A DNA stretch of 57,636 nt, taken from the sequence record SRR31156797_1773, one strand, 5' to 3'. The position numbers and the translations under genes were made by a program. Position 1 is the first letter of the stretch. Each line of letters starts with the position of its first letter. Of the stretch, positions 1 through 10,743 are shown piece by piece. Below the pieces are notes generated by a model. That model saw only the letters and a program-made list of their open reading frames with translations, was not told the origin of the DNA and ran no database searches.

Positions 1-1
1 A

Positions 2-1699
2 TATCAAAAATATTTTGAAAAAGATAAAGCCCTTGAACGCAGATTTCAAATCGTGATGGTTAAAGAGCCCGATACACTGGATGCCATCTCCATCCTGCGC
101 GGACTCAAAGAACGTTATGAAACTCACCATCAAGTACGAATTAAGGACGATGCCATCATCTCGGCTGTAGAACTTTCGCAGCGCTATATCAGCGATCGAT
201 TTTTACCAGACAAGGCCATCGACCTGATTGATGAGGCAGCTTCCAAACTCAGGCTCGAAATCAATTCATTACCAGAAGAACTGGACGAAATTGAGCGCCG
301 GATCAGACATCTTGAAATTGAGCGTGAGGCCATTAAGCGGGAGAAGGATAAACTGAAACTTGTGAAGTTAAAAGAAGAGATTGCTAATCTTTCCGAAAAG
401 CGGAACCACCTCAGGGCCAAATGGCAATCAGAAAAGGAAGTTGTGGAAGCCATCCAGGGCCGTAAAAAAGACATTGAAAACCTGAAATTGCAGGCCGATC
501 AGGCTGAGCGTGACGGGAACTTTGGGAAGGTGGCTGAAATCCGTTACGGGCGTATAAAACAAGCCGAAGAACACCTTGAGCAATTAAAGGCAAAACTTGT
601 AGATATGCAGGGCGAAAACCCGATGATCAACGAGGAGGTAGATGCTGAAAATATTGCTGAAATTGTAGCCAGATGGACGGGCATTCCTGTGAGCCGGATG
701 TTGCAAAGCGAACGAGAAAAATTGTTGCAACTCGAAATGAAGCTACACAATCGTGTGGTTGGCCAGGACGAAGCCATCATGGCTGTTGCGGACGCAATCA
801 GACGAAGCAGGGCCGGGCTGCAGGATGCATCACGGCCGATCGGGTCATTTATTTTCCTTGGTACCACTGGTGTTGGTAAAACAGAGTTGGGCAAAGCACT
901 CGCTGAATTCTTGTTCAATGATGAGAATTCAATGGTTAGAATTGATATGTCGGAATACCAGGAACGGCACACAGTGTCTCGCTTGATAGGAGCGCCACCC
1001 GGATATGTTGGCTACGATGAAAGCGGTCAGTTATCCGAGGCAGTTCGGCGTAAGCCCTATTCGGTGATATTGCTGGATGAGATCGAAAAAGCGCATCCGG
1101 ATGTATTTAATATCCTGCTTCAGGTGCTGGACGATGGCCGGCTTACAGATAATAAGGGCCGTTTGGTGGACTTTAAAAACACCATTATCATCATGACGTC
1201 AAATATCGGATCGCACCTGATACAGGAAAGGCTGGGTGCCCAGAATGGTGGTGAGGATGAGGAAAAATTCGAAAGAACAAGGCTCGATGTATTTGAAGTG
1301 CTTAAGAAAACCATCAGGCCGGAATTCCTCAACAGGGTGGACGAGATCATCATGTTCAGGCCCTTATCCGAAAAACAGATCAATGAAATTGCAAGGTTGC
1401 AAATTCAACTATTGGATAAAAAGCTCCAGTCAAATGGTATCCATCTGGATATTGATGCAAAAGCTGTAAACTGGATTGCAAGTGCAGGTTTTGATCCACA
1501 ATATGGAGCCAGGCCCGTGAAACGTGTTATCCAGCGTAGTGTGATGAATGAACTCTCTAAATTGATCCTTGCCGGAAAATTAAACCGGAATGATAAAATT
1601 CTGATTTCTTCAGAAGGTGACGAGCTAACTTTTACAAGTGTTAAAAATGAGAATCCGAAACTGGAGGAGAGCATATCTAACGGTATAAATGATGCATGA
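2..1699 (+). CDS. clpB: ATP-dependent chaperone ClpB, 5'-truncated by window edge
   Basis: Frame open from position 2 (YQKYFEKDKALERRFQ); DRFLPDKAIDLIDEAAS, long coiled-coil M domain, NBD2 Walker A GTTGVGKT, RIDMSEY, GAPPGYVGY, LLDEIEKAH, YGARP. Confidence 0.97.
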   Translation, partial: YQKYFEKDKALERRFQIVMVKEPDTLDAISILRGLKERYETHHQVRIKDDAIISAVELSQRYISDRFLPDKAIDLIDEAASKLRLEINSLPEELDEIERRIRHLEIEREAIKREKDKLKLVKLKEEIANLSEKRNHLRAKWQSEKEVVEAIQGRKKDIENLKLQADQAERDGNFGKVAEIRYGRIKQAEEHLEQLKAKLVDMQGENPMINEEVDAENIAEIVARWTGIPVSRMLQSEREKLLQLEMKLHNRVVGQDEAIMAVADAIRRSRAGLQDASRPIGSFIFLGTTGVGKTELGKALAEFLFNDENSMVRIDMSEYQERHTVSRLIGAPPGYVGYDESGQLSEAVRRKPYSVILLDEIEKAHPDVFNILLQVLDDGRLTDNKGRLVDFKNTIIIMTSNIGSHLIQERLGAQNGGEDEEKFERTRLDVFEVLKKTIRPEFLNRVDEIIMFRPLSEKQINEIARLQIQLLDKKLQSNGIHLDIDAKAVNWIASAGFDPQYGARPVKRVIQRSVMNELSKLILAGKLNRNDKILISSEGDELTFTSVKNENPKLEESISNGINDA

Positions 1700-1751
1700 A
1701 AATCACCCTAAAGGACCATGAATAGATAACTTCAGCATATAATTGATTTAT

Positions 1752-1818
1752 GCCCCTTGTGAATGTATTCACCTGAATTTGAATGGTGAAATGGTTTGCA
1801 AGGGGCTTTTTATTTTTT
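1752..1818 (+). terminator. Intrinsic terminator after clpB (long interrupted hairpin)
   Basis: GCCCCTTG...CAAGGGGC outer stem enclosing a TTCACC/GGTGAA inner stem, followed by a T-rich tract. Confidence 0.75.
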
Positions 1819-2184
1819 CATTTTAAACCAGATAGGGTCTAAATAATGTAAAAATCAATGGGTATATGGTTTGTATTTCATTAAAATTTACTATAATTGT
1901 GTGCTACAAAGTACTATAACTTTACTGGGATTACAGGGCAAATAGGATTACTGGCATTACTACGACTGGCTAAAAAAACAATATGAAATGATTTACGCCC
2001 TGTTTTTGAGGATTATATGTAATAAATTAAATGTTTCAAAATATAGTTGAGGTACAAAATTGAAATGGCCTATGGCAGATGAATTTACATAGACTTATTC
2101 CTTTTCCGCAAATCAATCATGATCAAACCGAATCATGCAAATCAAACTAACGTATTTATAATTACTAATTTAAACCTAATGTTT

Positions 2185-5100
2185 ATGAAAAAATTTACGA
2201 TTTTACTTTTATTCATGTTTTCTTTTGGCTGGGTTTTTAGCCAAAGTGTATCATCAACATATACTCTTGGTGATATTCCAACTAATTATGATGAATACAG
2301 CGCATCATGCAATGGGGCTGCAACACCACTTGTTGTTTCGCTTCCATCCGGGGATTGGCTGGTAACAAGTGTTGATGTTTCTTATGATATCACAGCACAA
2401 GGTGGCGGATGGATGTCTGAACAACGTTCAATGCTGGCTTGTCAGGAAACAGGACTTGATGAAGGTTCCTTTACACCGGGAACTAGTAATAGTGGTGGAA
2501 CGATGTCCTATGACAGATCAATAGATATTGCTAACGGAGTACAGTCTGGTGATTTAACATTTGAATTGCAGGTTTATCGCACTTATGGATCTAGCCCAGC
2601 GTGTGGAACTGATTACCAGAAAGTTGACGATGGTACATGGACTGTAACTGTAAATTACGAACCCGTACCGGTTTATTGCCTGGATGCTCCTAACGGTCAG
2701 TGGCCATCTGGTGATCCATTTACGAATTCTTTATGTGATGGAAATACTGAAACTGTTTCGACATCAGCATGGACGGGTGAGTATAGTTTGGTAAATGTTA
2801 CCGAAGGAAATATTTATGGTTTCTCAACTTCGGTGCCAACAGATTTTATAACCATTGCCGATGAAACTGGCACAACAGGCATCATTACCGGTATCACACC
2901 TGTTGAATGGGTGGCTGATTTTACAGGCGTCGTGCAATTTATCAGACATGATGATGATCAATGTAATTATTCCAATGTAGGTAGGTCTGTTTTTGTTAGC
3001 TGTTCAGAACCACCTCCGCCGGTTTGCCTGGATGCTCCAAACGGACAGTGGCCATCTGGTGATCCATTTACAAATGCTTTATGTGATGGTAATCCTGAAG
3101 CTGTTACAACTTCCGCTTGGACAGGAGAATACAGTCTTGTAAACGTTACAATGGATAATAATTATTCCTTCTCATCTTCTGTAGCGACCGATTTCATTAC
3201 ACTTGCAACCGAAGATGGAGCAACAGCTATTATCTCAGCGACTACACCTTTGGAATGGAAGGCAGATTTTACTGGTGTTGTCCGTTTTATCAGGCATGAC
3301 GATGACCAATGTAACTACTCAAATGTTGGGAGGAGTGTTTTTGTTGCCTGTAGCGAACCACCACCAGAATGCGAATATTCAGTGGAGCTTTATGATTCTT
3401 GGGGTGATGGCTGGGATGGTTACCTGGATGTAATTGTTGATGGTACAACGGTTCTTGATAATATTTCACTTGCTGATGGACCTGGCCCTGAAACATTTTA
3501 TTTTACTGTTGCTACCGGATCAACCGTTGAGTTTGATTACACATCTACTGGATTTTATGCTTATGAAAATGAATATTATGTTTTTAACCACCTTGGCAAT
3601 TTAGTTTTTTCATCCGGTGAAGATGATGTTCTACCAACTGATGGCCAGATAACGGGTGATTGTGCAGATGAAACAGGTACCTTAGATGGTCTGATTTCAG
3701 ATGATCTAACTACAGATCCAATTGAAGGAGCCACAGTTACTGCAAGTAACGGTACTTCCACATATAGTGCAGTAACAGATGAAACCGGTGCATATGAACT
3801 AATTCTCCCGGTTGGCGAATATGATGTTACTGCAACTGCCCAGGGTTATGAGCCCGGCGAGCCGCTGGATGTGCTTGTTGTAATTTTGTTTGATCAAACA
3901 ACTACCCAAAACTTCAGCTTGTTTCCCATATTGGGCGCCAGTTGTTCCAATCCAATTGTAATTGATGAATTCCCTTATGAGGATTTGAGCCAGACCAATT
4001 GCGGACTGGGTGATACCTATGATCAAACCGCTTGCCTTGGCAGCTATGACAATGGTGAAGATATCCTTTACACATTTGAAATTACCGAAACAATTGCTTT
4101 GAACTTCACACTTGATCCAAAAGGAACAACCTATGCAGGTTTTGGAATTTTTGAAGGATGCCCTGATCTGGATGTTTGTGTGGATGCGGCAACCAATGGT
4201 TCTTCCTCAGATCCATTATCACTCGAAAACGTAGTATTTGAGCCCGGAACTTACTTCCTGATGATCGATACCTGGTCAGCACCTGATTGCATTCCTGATT
4301 TCGATCTCACCATCGAAGTCTCAGTACCAGGATATATCGAAGGTTTGGTAATTGATATGGATACCGATGAACCCATCGAAGGTGTTGAAGTGGTTGCTGA
4401 TCCCGGCGGATTTACAGCCTTTACAAATGTTGATGGCGAATATATCCTTGAAGTATATGAAGGTGTTTTTGATGTATCTTTCATGAAGCCGGAATATTTT
4501 GAAACAACAGTAAATGATACCACTGTTGCTGCCGGCGAAACCATTGTTGTAGATGCAGCACTTGAACTTATTCCAATGCCTGATTGTGCTGATCTGATTT
4601 ATCCTGCCGAAAATCAGATGTATGTGCTGCCTATGGGAATGACATTTGAATGGGAAAACGGCTCTGAAGTACCCGTGGACGGATACAGGATTTCAATTTA
4701 TGACTTCCTTTACGAAGAATGGGTGTTAGAAGGATTTGATGTAGGTAATCAAACTATATTTACTACCGATCTGGAATGGAACAGGAATTACGGTTGGCAA
4801 ATTCAGCCTTATAATATTGCCGGCTTCAATAATAACTGTCTGCCACAATTCTTTACAACATCTAATAAGGGTGTTATCGATGGTATGGTAACAGCCAGCG
4901 ACTCCGGTTTGCCACTCGAAGGTGTTGATGTTCTGGTTGAAAGTGTTTCTCCTAACCCGGGTATGGTATGGACAACCACCACAGCAGCCGATGGCTCATG
5001 GGGTCTTGATTTTGAAGATGGCCTCGAAGAAGGAACCTATGACCTATTCTTCCAGAAATATGGATATGACCCATTATTGGTTACTGAATTTGAAGTTCAG

Positions 5101-7059
5101 GCCAACAACCCAACAATGTCTGAAGTAGCATTGGTTCCTGCTGTACCATTTTCACTTCCATTTGTTGAAACATGGGATAATGGCAATGACCAACTTTGGG
5201 GTGGACAGGTTACTAACTGGATCATTACCACGCTTGATGGAAATCCAATTCCTACCGCTGCTTTCTCCTGGAGCCCAAGAATTCAAGCACCTTATAGCGA
5301 AGACCTGAATAGTTATTACCTTGATGGTACAAACGCTGAAAAGGTTTATGCGCAAATCGATTTGAGTTTGAACTATTATAATTTCTCAACACTCGAATCC
5401 TTCTCATTCATGGTTTATGATGGCACCGAGTGGCATATCCTACAAACCTGGGATAACTCCGGTTTAGGTGATATTCCATGGGATACATACACTTACGATA
5501 TCACACAGTATGCTGCAGGTAACGTATTCCTGGTAGGTTTCAGGGCTGAGGGTACCGATACATTTAGTTTCGATTACTGGTATTTTGATAACATTCTTGT
5601 TACCGGATCAGTTCTGGATGCCAATCCTGATGTAATTGCAGATGTTATGTTCTTCAATGGTACCGAAGATCATACAGTTACTTTAACCAATACCGGTAAT
5701 GCTGCCTTAAGTTGGGAAATTGATGCCTTGAGTTTGCCACTTTGGATTACTGCTGATGTTTATTCAGGAGACCTCGATCCGGGTGCAACACAAGACGTGG
5801 TTCTAACACTGGATGCAACGGTTGCAGGAGCGGGAACGCACAATGGTGAAGTATTGTTTACAGCGATGGATGGCTTCCTCGAAACAACTGTTGACGTTAA
5901 CCTGGAAGTTTATGAAGAAAACGGACAGGAAATCATGATTCCGGGAGCCGGAGAATGGGGTTACATCTCAAGTTATATAGACATGAATGTTGGTAAAATG
6001 CCGCTTGAGGAAGCCCTAGCAGCTATCAACGATGAATTGATCATCATGGTAGGTACTGAAGGTATCTACTGGCCGGGATTCGAAATTAATACCATTGGTG
6101 ATTACAATACCTATGAAGGTTATAAGATGAAGATGGGTGGTGCCGGTGCACTGGCTTTCCTCGGCGATATGGTTGAAGACCAAACCGTAACTTTCCCTGC
6201 AGGTACTTACATCATACCTATCCTTACATGGATACCTGTTGATGTACAGACTTTCTTTGATGGTAAAGCAGTTGAATTTGCATTCGGAATGGACGGATCC
6301 ATTTACTGGCCCGAAGGACCAATTTATACCCTGGAGACTTTCATGCCGGGTTATGGTTATCTGGTTAAATTCACCGAGGAAACCACACTTGATTTCGGCA
6401 TTGATCCACCAAAAGATGTGAAGCCAAACAACCCTCCAATGTTTGAGAATAGCACAGTTTGGAACGATGTTTACAAAACCGGTGATTTCCACATGGTTGG
6501 TATATCTCAGGAAGCTGCGGCAGAACTTCAGGCTGGTGATATTATTGGTGTTTTCAATACTGACGGACTTTGTACAGGTATGATGAACTACACAGGTAAT
6601 GATGAAGCGATTGGTATTCCGGTATTTGCTGATGATTTAACAACTGAGGAATTAGATGGTATGACAGTGGCTGAACCGATGATCATTAAGATCTTCAGAA
6701 ACGGCGAAGCAATTGATGCAACACCTGTTTATAGTGTTGACATGCCAAACCACGATGGTTTATATGAAACCAATGGATTATCAATGATTACCAGTCTGAA
6801 AGCTGGTTCAACTTCGATTGGTGACGAAGCTGTCCGTAGTATTTCAGTTTATCCAAACCCATCTGATGGTATCTTTAACATCGATGGAATAAGCTCTGCA
6901 ATTGAGTTGCAGGTAACCAATTCACACGGCCAGGTAATCGCAATCGATAGCGTTAATGACGATTACATGCTGGATATTTCTGATCATCCCGCCGGTGTTT
7001 ACTTCATCAGGTTGGTAGGTGAACAGGGTATTAAACTTGTTAAAGTAATTAAGCAATAA
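2185..7059 (+). CDS. Large acidic T9SS-secreted modular surface protein (tandem Cys-containing repeats, carboxypeptidase-regulatory-like domains, PPC-like domain, T9SS CTD)
   Basis: Signal peptide MKKFTILLLFMFSFGWVFSQ (start 2185 preferred over 2119); three G-x-V-x-D...P[IL]EG[AV]xV...T...G-x-[YW] carboxypeptidase-regulatory-like modules; C-terminal ISVYPNPS...GVYFIRL...KVIKQ. Confidence 0.9.
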   Translation: MKKFTILLLFMFSFGWVFSQSVSSTYTLGDIPTNYDEYSASCNGAATPLVVSLPSGDWLVTSVDVSYDITAQGGGWMSEQRSMLACQETGLDEGSFTPGTSNSGGTMSYDRSIDIANGVQSGDLTFELQVYRTYGSSPACGTDYQKVDDGTWTVTVNYEPVPVYCLDAPNGQWPSGDPFTNSLCDGNTETVSTSAWTGEYSLVNVTEGNIYGFSTSVPTDFITIADETGTTGIITGITPVEWVADFTGVVQFIRHDDDQCNYSNVGRSVFVSCSEPPPPVCLDAPNGQWPSGDPFTNALCDGNPEAVTTSAWTGEYSLVNVTMDNNYSFSSSVATDFITLATEDGATAIISATTPLEWKADFTGVVRFIRHDDDQCNYSNVGRSVFVACSEPPPECEYSVELYDSWGDGWDGYLDVIVDGTTVLDNISLADGPGPETFYFTVATGSTVEFDYTSTGFYAYENEYYVFNHLGNLVFSSGEDDVLPTDGQITGDCADETGTLDGLISDDLTTDPIEGATVTASNGTSTYSAVTDETGAYELILPVGEYDVTATAQGYEPGEPLDVLVVILFDQTTTQNFSLFPILGASCSNPIVIDEFPYEDLSQTNCGLGDTYDQTACLGSYDNGEDILYTFEITETIALNFTLDPKGTTYAGFGIFEGCPDLDVCVDAATNGSSSDPLSLENVVFEPGTYFLMIDTWSAPDCIPDFDLTIEVSVPGYIEGLVIDMDTDEPIEGVEVVADPGGFTAFTNVDGEYILEVYEGVFDVSFMKPEYFETTVNDTTVAAGETIVVDAALELIPMPDCADLIYPAENQMYVLPMGMTFEWENGSEVPVDGYRISIYDFLYEEWVLEGFDVGNQTIFTTDLEWNRNYGWQIQPYNIAGFNNNCLPQFFTTSNKGVIDGMVTASDSGLPLEGVDVLVESVSPNPGMVWTTTTAADGSWGLDFEDGLEEGTYDLFFQKYGYDPLLVTEFEVQANNPTMSEVALVPAVPFSLPFVETWDNGNDQLWGGQVTNWIITTLDGNPIPTAAFSWSPRIQAPYSEDLNSYYLDGTNAEKVYAQIDLSLNYYNFSTLESFSFMVYDGTEWHILQTWDNSGLGDIPWDTYTYDITQYAAGNVFLVGFRAEGTDTFSFDYWYFDNILVTGSVLDANPDVIADVMFFNGTEDHTVTLTNTGNAALSWEIDALSLPLWITADVYSGDLDPGATQDVVLTLDATVAGAGTHNGEVLFTAMDGFLETTVDVNLEVYEENGQEIMIPGAGEWGYISSYIDMNVGKMPLEEALAAINDELIIMVGTEGIYWPGFEINTIGDYNTYEGYKMKMGGAGALAFLGDMVEDQTVTFPAGTYIIPILTWIPVDVQTFFDGKAVEFAFGMDGSIYWPEGPIYTLETFMPGYGYLVKFTEETTLDFGIDPPKDVKPNNPPMFENSTVWNDVYKTGDFHMVGISQEAAAELQAGDIIGVFNTDGLCTGMMNYTGNDEAIGIPVFADDLTTEELDGMTVAEPMIIKIFRNGEAIDATPVYSVDMPNHDGLYETNGLSMITSLKAGSTSIGDEAVRSISVYPNPSDGIFNIDGISSAIELQVTNSHGQVIAIDSVNDDYMLDISDHPAGVYFIRLVGEQGIKLVKVIKQ
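2677..3366 (+). repeat. Intragenic tandem duplication, 2 x 348 bp (116 aa)
   Basis: Units start at 2677 and 3025, both CLDAPNGQWPSGDPFTN...FIRHDDDQCNYSNVGRSVFV.CSEPPP. Confidence 0.95.
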
Positions 7060-7080
7060 CCCTTTATTGGGGTAAAATTC

Positions 7081-7119
7081 AAAAAACCTGCCCGGAATTT
7101 ACCGGGCAGGTTTTTTTTT
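7081..7119 (+). terminator. Intrinsic terminator
   Basis: AAAAAACCTGCCCGG-AATTTA-CCGGGCAGGTTTTTT perfect stem with U tract. Confidence 0.92.
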
Positions 7120-7157
7120 ATTTTTGCGATTTCAAAATATACTAGCTAATACCGCGC

Positions 7158-8453
7158 ATGGAAAAATTTATCGAGAAGTCAGTATACAAATTGCAATCCC
7201 AGGCCACAGGTCGCGTTTTTGATGATTCAGGATGGATCCTCGAAGATGATCAGTCAGATAAACCCACTCTGATCAGGGCATTGTACAGCAAGAAGCAGTT
7301 GGAACCCAGGGGAAATGATTATGGAATTTACACTTTTGCAGACTGGCTCCCGGTTTACAAAACTTTAAAAGGGTCTTCAGCGCCGGTTACCTATAAAAGT
7401 GAAGGGCTGGCTGCGTATCTTGGTCTGAGTAACCTATATGTTACTTTTAGCGGGTATTGGCCTGAAAAAGGCGCACACATGCGTACATGCTCTTTCAAAG
7501 AAACCGAGGCTTACACCGTTTGTGCAAGGCTCGAATCAATACATGATAAAATACTGGTTGTAGCCTCTGCCGGAAACACAGCCAGGGCATTTGCCCGTGT
7601 TTGTTCTGATAACGACATCCCCCTTTTGTTGTGTATTCCGCAGGACAGAATTGATGTTATGTGGTTTGATGAACCCGTAAAAAGCTGTGTGAAACTGGTT
7701 GTTTCCGGAAAGGGAAGTGATTATTATGATGCCATTCATCTGTCGAACCTGGCGGCTCAAATGGAATTGTTTGTGATGGAAGGAGGTGCGAAAAATGTTG
7801 CCCGCCGCGATGGAATGGGAACGACTGTGCTTTCTGCTGCAACCACAATCGGAAATATTCCGGATTATTATTTCCAGGCTGTAGGCAGCGGAACGGGCGC
7901 TATCGCCGCCTGGGAAGCCAACCTCCGCTTGTTGGAAGACGGCAGGTACGGAAATAACAAAATGAAGCTTGTTGTTTCACAAAATGAACCCTTTATTCCA
8001 TTGTATCATGCATGGAACAAGAGATCGAGAGAACTTGACATTGCTGATCAACATGCAGCTCGTCAGCAGGTTGCTGAGATTGATGCAAAAGTACTTTCAA
8101 ACCGGAAACCGCCCTATGGCCTTGCAGGTGGATTGTACGATGCACTGGAGGACTCAAATGGTGAGGTGGTAACAGTTTCAAACGAAAAAGCCAGAGCAGC
8201 GGCCAAACTCTTTTTGGAGCTGGAAGGCAATGACGTTCACCCTGCTGCTGCAGTGGCAATTTCTTCACTTATCGATGCAGTTAAGGAAAATAAAGTAGCC
8301 AGCGATGCGATAATCATGCTGAATATTACAGGTGGCGGAGAAGAAAGGTTCAAGTCCGAAAATGATTTGCACTACCTGAAACCTGAGCTGACTTTTGATA
8401 TCGATCCTGATCCTGAATATGTGAAATCAAAGTTAGAAGAATTGTTTAACTAG
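7158..8453 (+). CDS. Cysteate synthase (PLP-dependent, threonine synthase-like)
   Basis: TCSFKETEA PLP-lysine motif, VASAGNTARAFA, EGGAKNVARRDGMGT, DYYFQAVGSGTGAIAAWEA, VLSNRKPPY, LNITGGG. Confidence 0.85.
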   Translation: MEKFIEKSVYKLQSQATGRVFDDSGWILEDDQSDKPTLIRALYSKKQLEPRGNDYGIYTFADWLPVYKTLKGSSAPVTYKSEGLAAYLGLSNLYVTFSGYWPEKGAHMRTCSFKETEAYTVCARLESIHDKILVVASAGNTARAFARVCSDNDIPLLLCIPQDRIDVMWFDEPVKSCVKLVVSGKGSDYYDAIHLSNLAAQMELFVMEGGAKNVARRDGMGTTVLSAATTIGNIPDYYFQAVGSGTGAIAAWEANLRLLEDGRYGNNKMKLVVSQNEPFIPLYHAWNKRSRELDIADQHAARQQVAEIDAKVLSNRKPPYGLAGGLYDALEDSNGEVVTVSNEKARAAAKLFLELEGNDVHPAAAVAISSLIDAVKENKVASDAIIMLNITGGGEERFKSENDLHYLKPELTFDIDPDPEYVKSKLEELFN

Positions 8454-8507
8454 GCCATTTTTATAACCCCGGCCAAGTAACACACATCCGACTCCGAAAA
8501 TTCGAAT

Positions 8508-9620
8508 TTGAAAAAAGCAATAGTTTCCGTTATCAACGACCTGGTCACCGATCAGCGGGTGAATAAAACCTGCAACGTTTTGGTTGAGCTTGGTTTTGAT
8601 GTGTTGCTGGTGGGTAGGCTAAAACGCGACTCGATGCCACTTCCCGGCCGAAATTACCGGATGCATCGCATGAAATTGCTTTTCGAAAAAGGCCCGCTTT
8701 TTTATGCTGAATACAACGTCAGGCTTTTCTTTTTTTTAATCACCCACAAGGCAAGCCTGCTTTTTTCAAATGATCTGGATACCCTGCTTCCAAACTATCT
8801 GATCTCAAAGCTTAAATCTTCCAATCTGGTTTATGATAGCCACGAATATTTTACAGAGACACCCGAACTCGTCAATCGCAAATTTGTACAGGGTGTCTGG
8901 AAAAAGATAGAGCGATGGCTTTTTCCGAAGCTAAAAGACGTAATCACGGTAAACGATTCCATTGCTAACCTGTTTAAGGAAAAATACGGTAATGAAGTCT
9001 CTGTGGTAAGAAATATCCCGCCCATGCCTGATGAAATGAAAGAGGCAGAGCCTAATTACAACATTCCTGAGGGGAAGCCGATCGTGCTTTTGCAGGGCTC
9101 GGGTATTAATATACATCGTGGTGCTGAAGAACTGGTCCAGGCCATGCAGTTTGTGAAAGTAGCACAACTGGTGATTGTTGGCGGTGGTGATGTGATCGGG
9201 AAACTGAAACAAATGGCCAAGGATTTGAACCTGGAACACAAAATCACTTTCATCCCTAAAGTACCCTTCGAGGAGCTTAGGTATTATACTTCCAAGGCTT
9301 CACTAGGCGTTTCAATGGATAAGGATACCAACATCAATTACCGGTTTATGTTGCCCAATAAAATTTTTGAATATTTCCATGCCGGTGTGCCTGTGCTGGT
9401 TTCACCAATGGTGGAAATGAAAAAGATAGTGGACGAATATGAGGTAGGCGAAACCATCGAAAATCATAACCCGGAAGACATTGCCGGCCATATTTCGAGA
9501 ATGATCACCGATAACGTTAAACTAAATTATTATCGCGACAATTGTAAAAAAGCCGCAGCTGAACTAAACTGGGATATCGAAAAACAGGTATTGGTCAAAA
9601 TACTTCAAAAATATGCCTGA
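8508..9620 (+). CDS. Glycosyltransferase family 4 (GT-B)
   Basis: TTG start; DLVTDQRV, NDLDTL, YDSHEYF, PNKIFEY..AGVPV. Confidence 0.9.
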   Translation: MKKAIVSVINDLVTDQRVNKTCNVLVELGFDVLLVGRLKRDSMPLPGRNYRMHRMKLLFEKGPLFYAEYNVRLFFFLITHKASLLFSNDLDTLLPNYLISKLKSSNLVYDSHEYFTETPELVNRKFVQGVWKKIERWLFPKLKDVITVNDSIANLFKEKYGNEVSVVRNIPPMPDEMKEAEPNYNIPEGKPIVLLQGSGINIHRGAEELVQAMQFVKVAQLVIVGGGDVIGKLKQMAKDLNLEHKITFIPKVPFEELRYYTSKASLGVSMDKDTNINYRFMLPNKIFEYFHAGVPVLVSPMVEMKKIVDEYEVGETIENHNPEDIAGHISRMITDNVKLNYYRDNCKKAAAELNWDIEKQVLVKILQKYA

Positions 9621-10743
9621 TCGTCATTTGCATATCATTGCTTTCGATGTACCGTTTCCGGCAAATTATGGTGGTGTTATCGATGTGTATTATAAACTGG
9701 TGGCACTTAAAAAAGCGGGGGTAAAGGTTCATCTCCATTGTTTTGATTATGGTCGGGGGCAGGCTGCGGAGCTGGATAAGCTTTGTGAAACGGTAAATTA
9801 TTATCCCCGGCAAACGGGCATAAATGCAAATCTTTCATCGAAGCCATACATCGTTTACAGCCGGCAATCCAATGATTTGATCAATAATTTATTACAGGAC
9901 GTTTATCCCATCCTGTTCGAAGGATTGCACTCCTGTTTTTATATGGATGATCCCCGGCTGAGAGACAGAATGAAGATTTATCGTGAAAGCAACATCGAGC
10001 ACCATTATTATTATCATCTTTTCAGGGATGAGAAAAACTGGTTTAAAAAGGTATTTTTTGCGTTCGAAAGTCTGCGTCTGAAAAGTTTTCAAAAAGTACT
10101 CAAACATGCTGATTTGATGTTGGTGGTTTCGCAAAGCGATACAGATTATTTGAAAAAATATTTCCCGGAAAAACAGGTGGAGTACCTGCCCAGCTTTCAT
10201 CCCAATGATGATTTTACGGTAATTCCCGGAATGGGTGATTATATTTTTTATCATGGTAAACTGTCTGTTACCGAAAATTACAAAGCTGCAGAATATCTGA
10301 TAAAAAATATCTTTTCCAAAACCTCCCACAGATTGATTATTGCCGGCATGGACCCGCCAATTCATCTACAGGAGCTTTGTTTAAATCATCAAAATGTAGA
10401 GCTGATCGCCAACCCTGATGATGATCAAATGTTCAGTCTGATTCAAGATGCACAGGCCAATATTTTAATTACTTTCCAGGCTACAGGACTAAAATTGAAA
10501 TTACTGAACACGCTTTACAAAGGAAAGTTCTGCATTGTAAATCCGGAGATGGTTCAGGGAACAGGTTTAGGTGAATTGTGTGCAGTTGGGAAAAATGAAC
10601 AGGAACTGATCCAAAAAATTGAAGAAATAATGGGACGGGAATTTGATATGGGTGAAATCGATAAAAGGAAAACAATCCTGTTTAAAAATTATTCCAATGA
10701 CCTGAATGCTCAAAAATTACTCACCCTGGCTTTTCCCAGATAA
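9613..10743 (+). CDS. Glycosyltransferase family 4-like
   Basis: Overlaps upstream GT; VPFPANYGGVIDVYYK, FEGLHS, NIEHHYY, TGLKLKLLN. Confidence 0.82.
   Translation: MPDRHLHIIAFDVPFPANYGGVIDVYYKLVALKKAGVKVHLHCFDYGRGQAAELDKLCETVNYYPRQTGINANLSSKPYIVYSRQSNDLINNLLQDVYPILFEGLHSCFYMDDPRLRDRMKIYRESNIEHHYYYHLFRDEKNWFKKVFFAFESLRLKSFQKVLKHADLMLVVSQSDTDYLKKYFPEKQVEYLPSFHPNDDFTVIPGMGDYIFYHGKLSVTENYKAAEYLIKNIFSKTSHRLIIAGMDPPIHLQELCLNHQNVELIANPDDDQMFSLIQDAQANILITFQATGLKLKLLNTLYKGKFCIVNPEMVQGTGLGELCAVGKNEQELIQKIEEIMGREFDMGEIDKRKTILFKNYSNDLNAQKLLTLAFPR

Noticed and set aside
2119-2184. Upstream in-frame extension of the first T9SS gene (likewise 26404, 36768, 54815, 23994, 29218 starts)
   Set aside because: Downstream Met gives a canonical signal peptide or avoids overlap with the neighbouring gene
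10710-10743. 34-bp tail-to-tail overlap of the GT4 and beta-barrel-like genes
   Set aside because: Short convergent overlaps are common; no evidence of function
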